Source: a virus (lineage: Duplodnaviria; Caudoviricetes). Taken from it: DNA of 64,000 nucleotides. Under the pieces are notes generated by a model that saw only the letters and a list, made by a program, of their open reading frames with translations, was not told the origin of the DNA and ran no database searches. The stretch's first letter is position 1, and every line of letters starts with the position of its first letter. The stretch is from the IMG/VR virus record IMGVR_UViG_3300037467_003067, positions 32,001 through 96,000 of that record; one strand, given 5' to 3'. Positions 56,034 to 64,000 of this stretch are shown here, piece after piece. The position numbers were made by a program, and so were the translations under genes.

Positions 56034-59000
56034 ATGAGTAGAGAAATAGCAGTAAATCGCGGATATATTTCCAGTCGCTCTTTTTCTTCAAGCAGAGGAA
56101 GTGCGTCCAATCGCGGTTTGACTGTTGCATTTATACCAATTGCGCCTACGAACGTAACAGCAACAGCCACATCTCCAGTAACCATTACAGTTTCATGGAC
56201 CGATACAAATACCGGAGGTGCTTCTTATAAAATTGAACAATCATTAAACGGCACTTCGGGTTGGTCATTGGTAGGAACAACTCTAATAGGAGCAACATCG
56301 TTCGGCGACAGCGGTCTGACAGCTTCAACAGCGTATTTTTACCGGGTCAGAGGATCGAACATTAATGGAGAGTCGTCGCCGTCAAGCAATGCAACGGCGA
56401 CGACCCAAGGTGTGCCAATGGCACCATCGAATCTGGTGGCAACTGCAGTAAATTCTTCTCAGATCAATCTAACATGGACTGACAATTCCAACAATGAAAC
56501 AGGGTTTGTCTTAGAGCGGTCTTTGGATGGTATTTCGGGCTGGTCATCAATTGCGACGCCTGTGGCTAATGTCGCCTCGGCATCTGATACAGGGCTATCT
56601 GGATCAACTCAGTATTTTTATCGCATTAAAGCCGTTAATGCTGGTGGAAGTTCTTCCTACTCATCGACTGCCAATGCCACTACAACAGTTGGTCCTCCAG
56701 CGGCTCCTTCCAACCTTGTTGCGACATCAATCTCGTCTAGTGAGATCGATCTTACCTGGACCGATAATTCCGGAAATGAGACCGGATTTATTGTGGAAAG
56801 GACAACGGACCAAGTTAATTGGGCTGCCTTGATTGCCACGGCTGCCAACGCTACTTCTTACTCCGATACCTCGTGTGCGTCTTCTACCCAGTATTACTAC
56901 CGGGTACGAGCTACGAATGCTGGTGGCGATTCGGCAAATTCCTCGACCGCTTCGGCTTTGACAACCAGCGGTCCAGGTCCGTTCTTGTTGCTTCAAGGGA
57001 CCAACCTGACGAATACTCAAGCCAAAGCATCCGGTAATACAACTCAATGGCAGGCATTTAAGACCAGACTCGATGCTGAGTTAAACAATGTTACAGTGAC
57101 AGGTTATCAAGGAGATGCTCTGACATGGGCTGGAGACTTTGCTTTGGGATATCAAACGCTTAAAACCCTAGATCCAACGACAGCAGCAAAATATGCTGAC
57201 AAGGCAATTGCTGTTCTTAAGTATGGAATGCGGGGTGGGCAAAGGTCATACCAAGGAACAAGAGAATATCTCGCAAGAGGTGACGGAAGCACTACGGTTT
57301 TTAATTTACCTCACACAGATAACATTAACGCTTCTACATTCAAGGTTTGGACAGCGAGCGTGAGCATAGCGACGATTACAAATCATGTCGCCAATTCTCA
57401 AACCGAATCGTTTGGTGGTTTCGACAGTAGGGTCATCAAAGTTTCCAATACATCTGACGGCACAGCGGATTACACCGAGCGAACGATCAGTAATCGTCAT
57501 CCTGTGACGCTTACCACAGGGGATTGGGGACAGAATCCACTCTTGCGGGATGACTACATTGATTGGTCAGGTGCGACTAATCAGCCTGCCTCGGGTGCAA
57601 CTTACTATGTGACATGGGTAGATCCTCTTAATGGAACATTGGTCTCAGAAACTAATTACACGCTCGACACTGTAAATGGCACGCTTACTTTCAATGTTGC
57701 ACCTGGAGCGAACTCGGCGATTTTAGTTGAGTACCAATATGGTACATTTACATCTGGAGCAACAACGTTGGGGTACCAACAAACTTGTGAAGAGAGATGT
57801 GGTTTCAACAATATTTTCATTGACACAGGATACACCAGCCGGTACCTGGGAGCTTTCACAGCATTGGCATTTGATTGGTTATATGAGTATTCCGGATACT
57901 CGACTGATCTTAAGGCGGAAACCGCATATATCCTAAAATTGTGGAGTGATCAAGTAAGAGACAATGGATATTACAAAGATAATCCAACATCAAATTATTG
58001 TGCGGGACATTACGTTAGCCGGGTTTTGACGGCGATTGCCTTGAAAGAGCGAGGCGATGCCAATGGTCCAAGTTTGTTAACTGAAATTAAGACTTATCGA
58101 ACTGCCAATACAATTCCACAGGTAATGGACGCTCCCGCTGCTGGCAGCAGTCTCGGAACTTATAAAGGAGGATTCTGGGGAGAAGGATGGAATTATGGTC
58201 CTTTGGCGGTACGAAATATTTTGATGGCGGCTCTTGCTCTGGAAAATGACGGACAAGTCACGCCAACCAAGGAAAAAACCTGGGCTGGAGAGGTGATTCT
58301 TGCCTTACTTCACGGTCAACCTTCTAATGCCGATATCGTCGTCAATAGTACCCACTATCAGGGCACTATACATGATGCTGGCGATGGTTATGCCTATCCT
58401 CTTCCGGTTCCTGGCAAAGATTTGTACTACCTGGCCGCAGCGGCATCGTCAGACGCACAGTCCAGTCAATATGCGAATTTCTTTATACAGGAAGTCATTC
58501 AGCCACAAGTAGCAACCATGCAGGATCTATTATATCGAGACCCCTCAGCGATAGCTACTGATTGGACGACTGTGCTTAGTCCGCACTATCTGGCATCAGG
58601 GACGGGCGTAGTGTATGCCAGGAACGCTTGGGATTACGCTTCATTATGGCTCGCTTTCCAATGCGGAAATCTAGTCAGTGCAGATCACCAGAGCGATGCT
58701 CAAGGTGATCTGCACATTCAACGAGGTGCAGATGATTTGTTGGTAAACGCTAATGCTGTAACCGAAAACCAAGTTGTAGGAGGAGAAACCCTAGATAAGA
58801 AATCCGTTTTTGCCAACCTTGTGGCTGTCGATGACGGCGGCACAGGTCTTCAGAATTATCCCTATGCTCAGGGTTTTTGGCAAGGATCTCCTGGTAACAT
58901 TCTCCTTCAATATGAAGGCGTTAGTGGCTACGTATACACGGCAGGCGATTACAAAGCGGCTTACAGCTTGGCTTCATCGCCCGGCGATGGCGGGTCAGTT

Positions 59001-59660
59001 TCAACCTTACAAAGAAGTGTATTCTATGTGAGACCCGATATCGTGGTAGTTTACGACCGAGTTGTCCTGAAAACTTCGTCGTGTGCTGCTCGTCTCCAAT
59101 GGCATTCTATTGCCAATCCAACCGTCACCGGAGACTCATTCACGGTTTCAAGAGGATCGTCTAAGCTGTTCGGCACGATAGTGTCAAGGAGTGCCTTGAC
59201 GACAAGCGGTACCCAATTAACTATCAATGGGAGTACGTCTTGGACGCCTACGGGATCAGGCGAAACCTACTCGGTTTATCGAGTATCGTCTGTCCTAACC
59301 ACTCCAACACTCTCCCAGCGATTCTGTACAGTATTACAAACCGCTTCGTCCGGCACATCTTCGGCCTATTCTGTAGATCGCCTCGTAACTGGCAGCGACT
59401 TTGAAGGGGCAATCGTCAATGGGAATACCGTAGTGCTGTTTGGGCAAACGGCAGGACCAGTCTCGACCTCGGGCGGTAAGTCGTATTCTTATACGGGAAC
59501 AAATGGGCAAACTATCACTCACTATATTACGGACCTGAACCCTTCTCAAAGTTATACATTGTCAGGGGTTGCTTCGGGTACTGTTTCGGCATCGACGGCT
59601 GGTGTCATCACTTTCACGACAACAGGTAATGGTTCTCCCCAAATAGTGACGATTACCTAA
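56034..59660 (+). CDS. 1208-aa FN3 x3 + heparinase II/III-like lyase module
   Basis: LTWTDNSxNE FN3 repeats; SNY..H, EGWNYG, DAGDGY, HQ..QG and YDRV; paralogue of 49319. Confidence 0.75.
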   Translation: MSREIAVNRGYISSRSFSSSRGSASNRGLTVAFIPIAPTNVTATATSPVTITVSWTDTNTGGASYKIEQSLNGTSGWSLVGTTLIGATSFGDSGLTASTAYFYRVRGSNINGESSPSSNATATTQGVPMAPSNLVATAVNSSQINLTWTDNSNNETGFVLERSLDGISGWSSIATPVANVASASDTGLSGSTQYFYRIKAVNAGGSSSYSSTANATTTVGPPAAPSNLVATSISSSEIDLTWTDNSGNETGFIVERTTDQVNWAALIATAANATSYSDTSCASSTQYYYRVRATNAGGDSANSSTASALTTSGPGPFLLLQGTNLTNTQAKASGNTTQWQAFKTRLDAELNNVTVTGYQGDALTWAGDFALGYQTLKTLDPTTAAKYADKAIAVLKYGMRGGQRSYQGTREYLARGDGSTTVFNLPHTDNINASTFKVWTASVSIATITNHVANSQTESFGGFDSRVIKVSNTSDGTADYTERTISNRHPVTLTTGDWGQNPLLRDDYIDWSGATNQPASGATYYVTWVDPLNGTLVSETNYTLDTVNGTLTFNVAPGANSAILVEYQYGTFTSGATTLGYQQTCEERCGFNNIFIDTGYTSRYLGAFTALAFDWLYEYSGYSTDLKAETAYILKLWSDQVRDNGYYKDNPTSNYCAGHYVSRVLTAIALKERGDANGPSLLTEIKTYRTANTIPQVMDAPAAGSSLGTYKGGFWGEGWNYGPLAVRNILMAALALENDGQVTPTKEKTWAGEVILALLHGQPSNADIVVNSTHYQGTIHDAGDGYAYPLPVPGKDLYYLAAAASSDAQSSQYANFFIQEVIQPQVATMQDLLYRDPSAIATDWTTVLSPHYLASGTGVVYARNAWDYASLWLAFQCGNLVSADHQSDAQGDLHIQRGADDLLVNANAVTENQVVGGETLDKKSVFANLVAVDDGGTGLQNYPYAQGFWQGSPGNILLQYEGVSGYVYTAGDYKAAYSLASSPGDGGSVSTLQRSVFYVRPDIVVVYDRVVLKTSSCAARLQWHSIANPTVTGDSFTVSRGSSKLFGTIVSRSALTTSGTQLTINGSTSWTPTGSGETYSVYRVSSVLTTPTLSQRFCTVLQTASSGTSSAYSVDRLVTGSDFEGAIVNGNTVVLFGQTAGPVSTSGGKSYSYTGTNGQTITHYITDLNPSQSYTLSGVASGTVSASTAGVITFTTTGNGSPQIVTIT

Positions 59661-59671
59661 AGGACTTATTC

Positions 59672-60724
59672 ATGTATGATATCAAATCATTGATTTTTGG
59701 AAATGGATTCATTAACGGAACGATTGCGTCATTTTTGTTAAATGACGCAACATTTAAATATGATATCGCATTTACGGTATCTCAATCTTTTTCGCTTGCG
59801 AAAGTGGCGTTTTATGTTTTAGCTCGCTCGGGATCGCCTACTTGCACGATACGGATTGAGACCGATTCTTCAGGACGCCCATCAGGGACACTTGCTTGGG
59901 CAAACGCCACTGTGACAGCCCACCCGATTTCAGCAACGGGATGGACGGGAGAGGTTTCTTTGACGGCGGCTGGAACGGTGTCGCCTGGAACCATGTATCA
60001 CTTGGTTGTAACCAATGATGCAGGCACTCCAGCTACAGACAACTTTAGTGTTGGTGATAACACTTCCTTGTTCAGTCCATTTTCATCGTACCAGTTATGT
60101 GATTCTACTTTGTCCATATCTTTGCCTTCATCGTATAATGGCACAACTTGGTCAAATAGATCATCATCTCCGATTTATATTGTGAGCGATTCTGGAGGGA
60201 CAACAAAATCAGGACAACCATTTGATCTAACAGATATTGCTACAGTAAGTGCTTCTTTAAGTTATGGGATTAAGTTTACTGCACCTGTTTCCGGTTCGCT
60301 TTTAGGAGCCCATATTTCCCATTTGCCGAACACTGGAATTGGAACTGTAACGATAAAGTTGTACAACAGTTCTGATTCTCTGTTGGCAACGTCTACAGTG
60401 AATCCTGGGTATCTAGCAGCACTTGGAATTGCCAGGTCATCCTTCTTTGCCCTGTTCGATTCCGGATCTGTGTCCATAACAGCCGGTTCTGTGTATCGGT
60501 GTGTCCTGAATGATTCAGGTGGAGCCGATCGTATTGACTTTGTGACTTGCCCATCAACTCCTGTGGATTATCGAACGATTTCTCCATACACGCAAAGTGT
60601 GCAATGGACCCAGGGAATGGTAGGAGCTTGGACTGACACGCCAGGGAAGCTGCCTGTATCTTGGGGTCTCGTGATGTCATCTGTATCGAGTGGCGGCGGA
60701 TTGGCTCGGATTATTGGAGGATAA
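59672..60724 (+). CDS. putative virion protein with two beta-sandwich repeats
   Basis: Two FT..(V)..G..Y units; Ser/Thr-rich. Confidence 0.55.
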   Translation: MYDIKSLIFGNGFINGTIASFLLNDATFKYDIAFTVSQSFSLAKVAFYVLARSGSPTCTIRIETDSSGRPSGTLAWANATVTAHPISATGWTGEVSLTAAGTVSPGTMYHLVVTNDAGTPATDNFSVGDNTSLFSPFSSYQLCDSTLSISLPSSYNGTTWSNRSSSPIYIVSDSGGTTKSGQPFDLTDIATVSASLSYGIKFTAPVSGSLLGAHISHLPNTGIGTVTIKLYNSSDSLLATSTVNPGYLAALGIARSSFFALFDSGSVSITAGSVYRCVLNDSGGADRIDFVTCPSTPVDYRTISPYTQSVQWTQGMVGAWTDTPGKLPVSWGLVMSSVSSGGGLARIIGG

Positions 60725-60773
60725 TCTAAAGGCAATCTATTTTGTTGCCTTTAGATTTTATTAAGGAAATGAT

Positions 60774-61658
60774 ATGTTAAATTTACTTCTTCTATTCAAT
60801 CAAGAAGCCGAAACCGGTCAGTCGGTATCCAGCTATACTTTATCTGGTCCATCAACTGGTTTTGTGGGGGTTACATCCTCAAATTTTACTGTAATGTTAG
60901 GGGCAGGCACGTTAAATGCAACAACTCGAATCACGCCACATGACGGCGATTCCGGAGGCACATTTACACCTACGTTCCTCTATCTTACCGATAGCGGGAG
61001 AAGTGGCACCTTCACGTATACGCCAGCATCAGAAGGCACGTTCACGATCAGTACGACCAATGACCAATCGTTGACTGACCCTTCTAGTCTTTCTGTGGAA
61101 ATAACCCATCGAAGTACCTACACGCTTTCCGCTCCTGATCCCAACTCGTCACTGACTGTTGTATCCTCAGGAAATTTCACGATTGAAGTGTCCGATACGC
61201 TTTCCAAGGATTTGGTTATTGTTCCTCATGATGATGGACATCATGGAACGTTTTCACCCAGCACTATTGCCTTGACTAATGCTTCTCCATCGGCAACATT
61301 CACTTACACACCGAAGCAATGGGGAACATTCAGAATTTCAACCACTAATAACAGCGGTTTAATTGATCCGCCTTCGGTAGAATATATTGGTCTAGTTCGG
61401 GATGCGAATGAAGGGATTCACCCGAAGATTACCTTCCGAGTTCGGAGTGCATTTGATTTTGTCTTGGAATCTGCACCTTTGTTTGATAGAGCAACACAGA
61501 CATATCAATTGGGTTTAACGACCTATTACATCCCAGAACATCCGATGGCATTGCGTCCAGGCGACACCTTTACGCTTTATGGAGTAGAAGCGATTCGAGT
61601 GAAAAGAAATCATATCGGAGTACCCAACTCGTTCTTGGAAATCGTATCTGAAGTTTAA
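60774..61658 (+). CDS. virion protein: Ig-like repeat + shared C-terminal module
   Basis: Internal duplication of YTL..P..FTYTP..TF.ISTTN..L.DP. Confidence 0.7.
   Translation: MLNLLLLFNQEAETGQSVSSYTLSGPSTGFVGVTSSNFTVMLGAGTLNATTRITPHDGDSGGTFTPTFLYLTDSGRSGTFTYTPASEGTFTISTTNDQSLTDPSSLSVEITHRSTYTLSAPDPNSSLTVVSSGNFTIEVSDTLSKDLVIVPHDDGHHGTFSPSTIALTNASPSATFTYTPKQWGTFRISTTNNSGLIDPPSVEYIGLVRDANEGIHPKITFRVRSAFDFVLESAPLFDRATQTYQLGLTTYYIPEHPMALRPGDTFTLYGVEAIRVKRNHIGVPNSFLEIVSEV
61119..61658 (+). repeat. 540-bp shared C-terminal module, copy 3
   Basis: Colinear with copies 1 and 2. Confidence 0.9.
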
Positions 61659-61661
61659 AAT

Positions 61662-61698
61662 AGAACTACCGCTGGATCTTTGATCCAGCGGTAGTTCT
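61662..61698. terminator. hairpin terminator between convergent genes
   Basis: AGAACTACCGCTGGATC-TTT-GATCCAGCGGTAGTTCT. Confidence 0.75.
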
Positions 61699-61730
61699 TG
61701 GGATGATGATGACTTGTGCTTTGTAACCAT

Positions 61731-62324
61731 TTAGTCTTGGGGTTGGAGCGGCTTGCCGGTCATCGTCTCCACCCAAAACCAGCAGATGTCCTTGATCTTC
61801 TTTTTGGGCTTTCGGTCAAGGATGATGTGTCGTTTCTTCGAGTGGTAGTTGTAGCACCACCCCAGGTCGCCCGGTTTTGCTCCTTTGCAGAAATTCGAAG
61901 CTGTCACCCTGACCCGGAATCGCCCTGGCGGCGGCGCGTGTCGCCTGAGGTAGAACACTTCGTGATTCACGATGACGGCGGCTTTTTCCATGCTGGTCCC
62001 GCCGTCATCACAGATGTATGCCCACATCGAAGGGCTGATGCCGTCGATGCTGTCTTGGTGGCTCTCCAAGAATTCGGCGGCGAGCAGTCTCGTCTGCTTT
62101 GTCGGCATCTCGGGCGAGTTTCCGTCCCGGAAAGTTCCTGGAAGAAAAACGGTACCGAGGTCGGTTGCGCCGAACAGGACCTTGATCATGAATATTTCGG
62201 GCGTGGAAGGACTGTTGCTGGCGGCAGCCTTGATGCCCTCATCGGCGAGTTGGGCAACGAAGACTTTGGTCGCTTCTTTCGGGACATCACGCCATTCGAT
62301 ATAATAGCCGCAGACCTCTTCCAT
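61731..62324 (-). CDS. hypothetical protein
   Basis: GAGG SD; part of a - strand operon. Confidence 0.6.
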   Translation of the reverse strand: MEEVCGYYIEWRDVPKEATKVFVAQLADEGIKAAASNSPSTPEIFMIKVLFGATDLGTVFLPGTFRDGNSPEMPTKQTRLLAAEFLESHQDSIDGISPSMWAYICDDGGTSMEKAAVIVNHEVFYLRRHAPPPGRFRVRVTASNFCKGAKPGDLGWCYNYHSKKRHIILDRKPKKKIKDICWFWVETMTGKPLQPQD

Positions 62325-62342
62325 TGGCTTAGTCCTCGGAGT

Positions 62343-62804
62343 TTACACTGGTGGGATTGCCGGACACCACTCGCAGTTTTCGTACTCTTCCCATCCGAAG
62401 ATGTTATCAGACGAGATCATTTCGATTGGGAAGATTGTCGAAGAGCCATCAATGTGTTTGAGTGTAATCTTGACGACTGTGGGTTCGGGATCATCTGGTG
62501 AACGGACCCAATAGAGTCCGTCTTCGGTGGGGCGTTTCGTGGACCAAGTTGGTTTGGACTTCAGTTCTTCAAGAAGCCCGAGAACATCACTTTGGAGATG
62601 TTCTCGGGCTGTCTCATTATCGGCATCGTATTTCTCTAGCATCTTTTCCGAGGCGTCATCTCCTGGATAGGACAGCCCATAATGATTTTCAAAGCCTTCT
62701 TCATTGCCACTCTCGACGATGACGTCTCTGAATGAGAAGTCGCTGCCTTCGCCGAAACTCACACAGGATTGGGCGATAGAGAGAAGAAGTTCACGCTTGG
62801 TCAC
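62343..62804 (-). CDS. hypothetical phage protein
   Basis: GTG after AGGAG; C-terminal W..PTEDGLYWV module. Confidence 0.6.
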   Translation of the reverse strand: MTKRELLLSIAQSCVSFGEGSDFSFRDVIVESGNEEGFENHYGLSYPGDDASEKMLEKYDADNETAREHLQSDVLGLLEELKSKPTWSTKRPTEDGLYWVRSPDDPEPTVVKITLKHIDGSSTIFPIEMISSDNIFGWEEYENCEWCPAIPPV

Positions 62805-63372
62805 GAGAGTCTCCTGTGAAAATTGGTCTCAAATTTTGGGGACAAGCCTTCTGGTTTTCAGATTCCAGCAAAGCTTGGGGAGCAACGTTGACGTGTTTGC
62901 TGGACCTTACGAACTCAGGGAACTCGGGGTTATATTGTTCTTTGGCGAGGTCGAGAGCGGTCAATAGGTCTTCGACGAGGTTTTCTTGCTTGCCGATAAA
63001 GTCAATGGGATTATTGGGTGGACCCACGAAGTGAAGCAAATACTCACTGTAAAATCCGGGACATTTTTCGATGACATTATCCAGGAATTGATGGAATGTG
63101 TTTGCTCGGCATTCAGCATCGAGTGATCGGTATGGGTTCCAATGTCCCGTCTTGAACTTATATTTCCAGTAGGATTGAAACCAGGTTAACGGGTGTCTTA
63201 CAAAGGCAAATGTAAACAAACCTTGACCTGGACTTGTTCGACGGATAGGATGGGGAAGTTTGGTAAATGCCAATTCCCCAATTCCAGATTTCTCCAGGAC
63301 GGTACACACCCAACTTCCTCCGGTTTTAGGGATGTGCAGGAATCGGCTGTTTGGTAAGATAGCGGTAGCCAT
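62791..63372 (-). CDS. sulfotransferase family 2 protein
   Basis: FLHIPKTGGS, FVRHP...SY and DFIGKQENL. Confidence 0.8.
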   Translation of the reverse strand: MATAILPNSRFLHIPKTGGSWVCTVLEKSGIGELAFTKLPHPIRRTSPGQGLFTFAFVRHPLTWFQSYWKYKFKTGHWNPYRSLDAECRANTFHQFLDNVIEKCPGFYSEYLLHFVGPPNNPIDFIGKQENLVEDLLTALDLAKEQYNPEFPEFVRSSKHVNVAPQALLESENQKACPQNLRPIFTGDSRDQA

Positions 63373-63418
63373 GGAGTAATCCTGTGAAAATGAGGAGGCA
63401 TCCTTGCCCTTTAAAAAA

Positions 63419-64000
63419 TCAAGCCATTTTGAGAATGGGGGAGTTGTCGCCTTCGTCGTCTGGAGCATCGGCAACTTCGTTACTGGTCTGGTGATCGTAG
63501 GTGATCCGCATGATCTCGCCCATGGATTCGATTTGGCTGATCGAATTGAGGGTGATTGCAATCCATCCAGCGGCCGGGAAAGTGACTTTGGGGAAAGGGG
63601 CAAGCAAGGATTCGATTTTGTTGATGGGAGTAGTGATCCGCATCACCGGAAGCTTGCCATCGGCATAGAGACGACACACCACTCGCCGGGATCGGATAAC
63701 TGTCCCTGCTTCCGGCATATGAATTTTGAAATAAGATGCTTGGTCTGTGTATGTGATTGGTCGATTTGGACCAAGCAGTGTCTTGATGATTTCAAAAGCA
63801 CGAAGTTCGTCTTCGGTGGTGATGATTTGTTTTGAAGTGGCAGGAATGGGCATTGGGATCGGTTGTGGTGGAGAAGTATTCAATGCAGCATTGAGGGTTC
63901 TTTGTCTTGCCCATTCTTCGATAGCACTGGCAAGGAGAGGTTTCCAAGATTCAATAACCGATTCGGTTTGTTTTCTGGTCTCAATGTTGGCAATGGCGAG
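63419..64000 (-). CDS. C-terminal part of an HsdR_N-type restriction-endonuclease-like protein (5'-truncated)
   Basis: Frame is open to the window end; IITTEDELRAF..ITYTD..SYF..VCRLY pattern. Confidence 0.5.
   Translation of the reverse strand, partial: LAIANIETRKQTESVIESWKPLLASAIEEWARQRTLNAALNTSPPQPIPMPIPATSKQIITTEDELRAFEIIKTLLGPNRPITYTDQASYFKIHMPEAGTVIRSRRVVCRLYADGKLPVMRITTPINKIESLLAPFPKVTFPAAGWIAITLNSISQIESMGEIMRITYDHQTSNEVADAPDDEGDNSPILKMA

Noticed and set aside
44932-61658. The three 540-bp repeats as DGR template/variable regions
   Set aside because: All copies are coding, differences are largely synonymous and not adenine-specific, and there is no reverse transcriptase in the window.
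61716-62501. 261-aa + strand ORF
   Set aside because: It lies antisense to - strand genes that have clear SDs and operonic spacing, and it sits downstream of a terminator.
1-64000. Alternative genetic code
   Set aside because: Long conserved genes are uninterrupted in code 11 and coding density is high.

Overview
This window is a 64-kb piece of a large tailed-phage genome, probably a jumbo phage, with a T4-like head module. The module runs terminase, portal (two inteins), a large putative core protein, gp21-type protease, gp22-type scaffold, gp23-type major capsid protein. Around it lie PKD/FN3/LamG virion proteins, two paralogous polysaccharide-lyase-like fibres, a primase, a Cas4-like nuclease, a volactin-like actin, PyrD, a sirtuin, a DraG-like hydrolase, glycosyl- and sulfotransferases, and a free-standing endonuclease. 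The main candidate for an undescribed system is a dispersed set of about 11 unrelated genes. They include ADP-ribosyltransferase-like, ParB/Srx-like, PcfJ-like and 2H-phosphodiesterase genes plus unknowns. All begin with a T4 internal-protein-like capsid-targeting peptide (M..F-x-x-[WYF]..[LIV]-x-E). Seven of them start 4-6 nt after a TA(A/T)ATA late-promoter-like box with no Shine-Dalgarno, which suggests a leaderless, late-expressed effector set packaged in the virion. Other notable signals are a 540-bp C-terminal module shared by three virion genes, a decayed copy of the capsid gene 3' end beside the endonuclease, a tRNA-like gene with an Ala acceptor stem and a Val anticodon, and loop-less palindromes. 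All family calls come from motif recognition by eye; no database searches were run. The host cannot be determined from this window.
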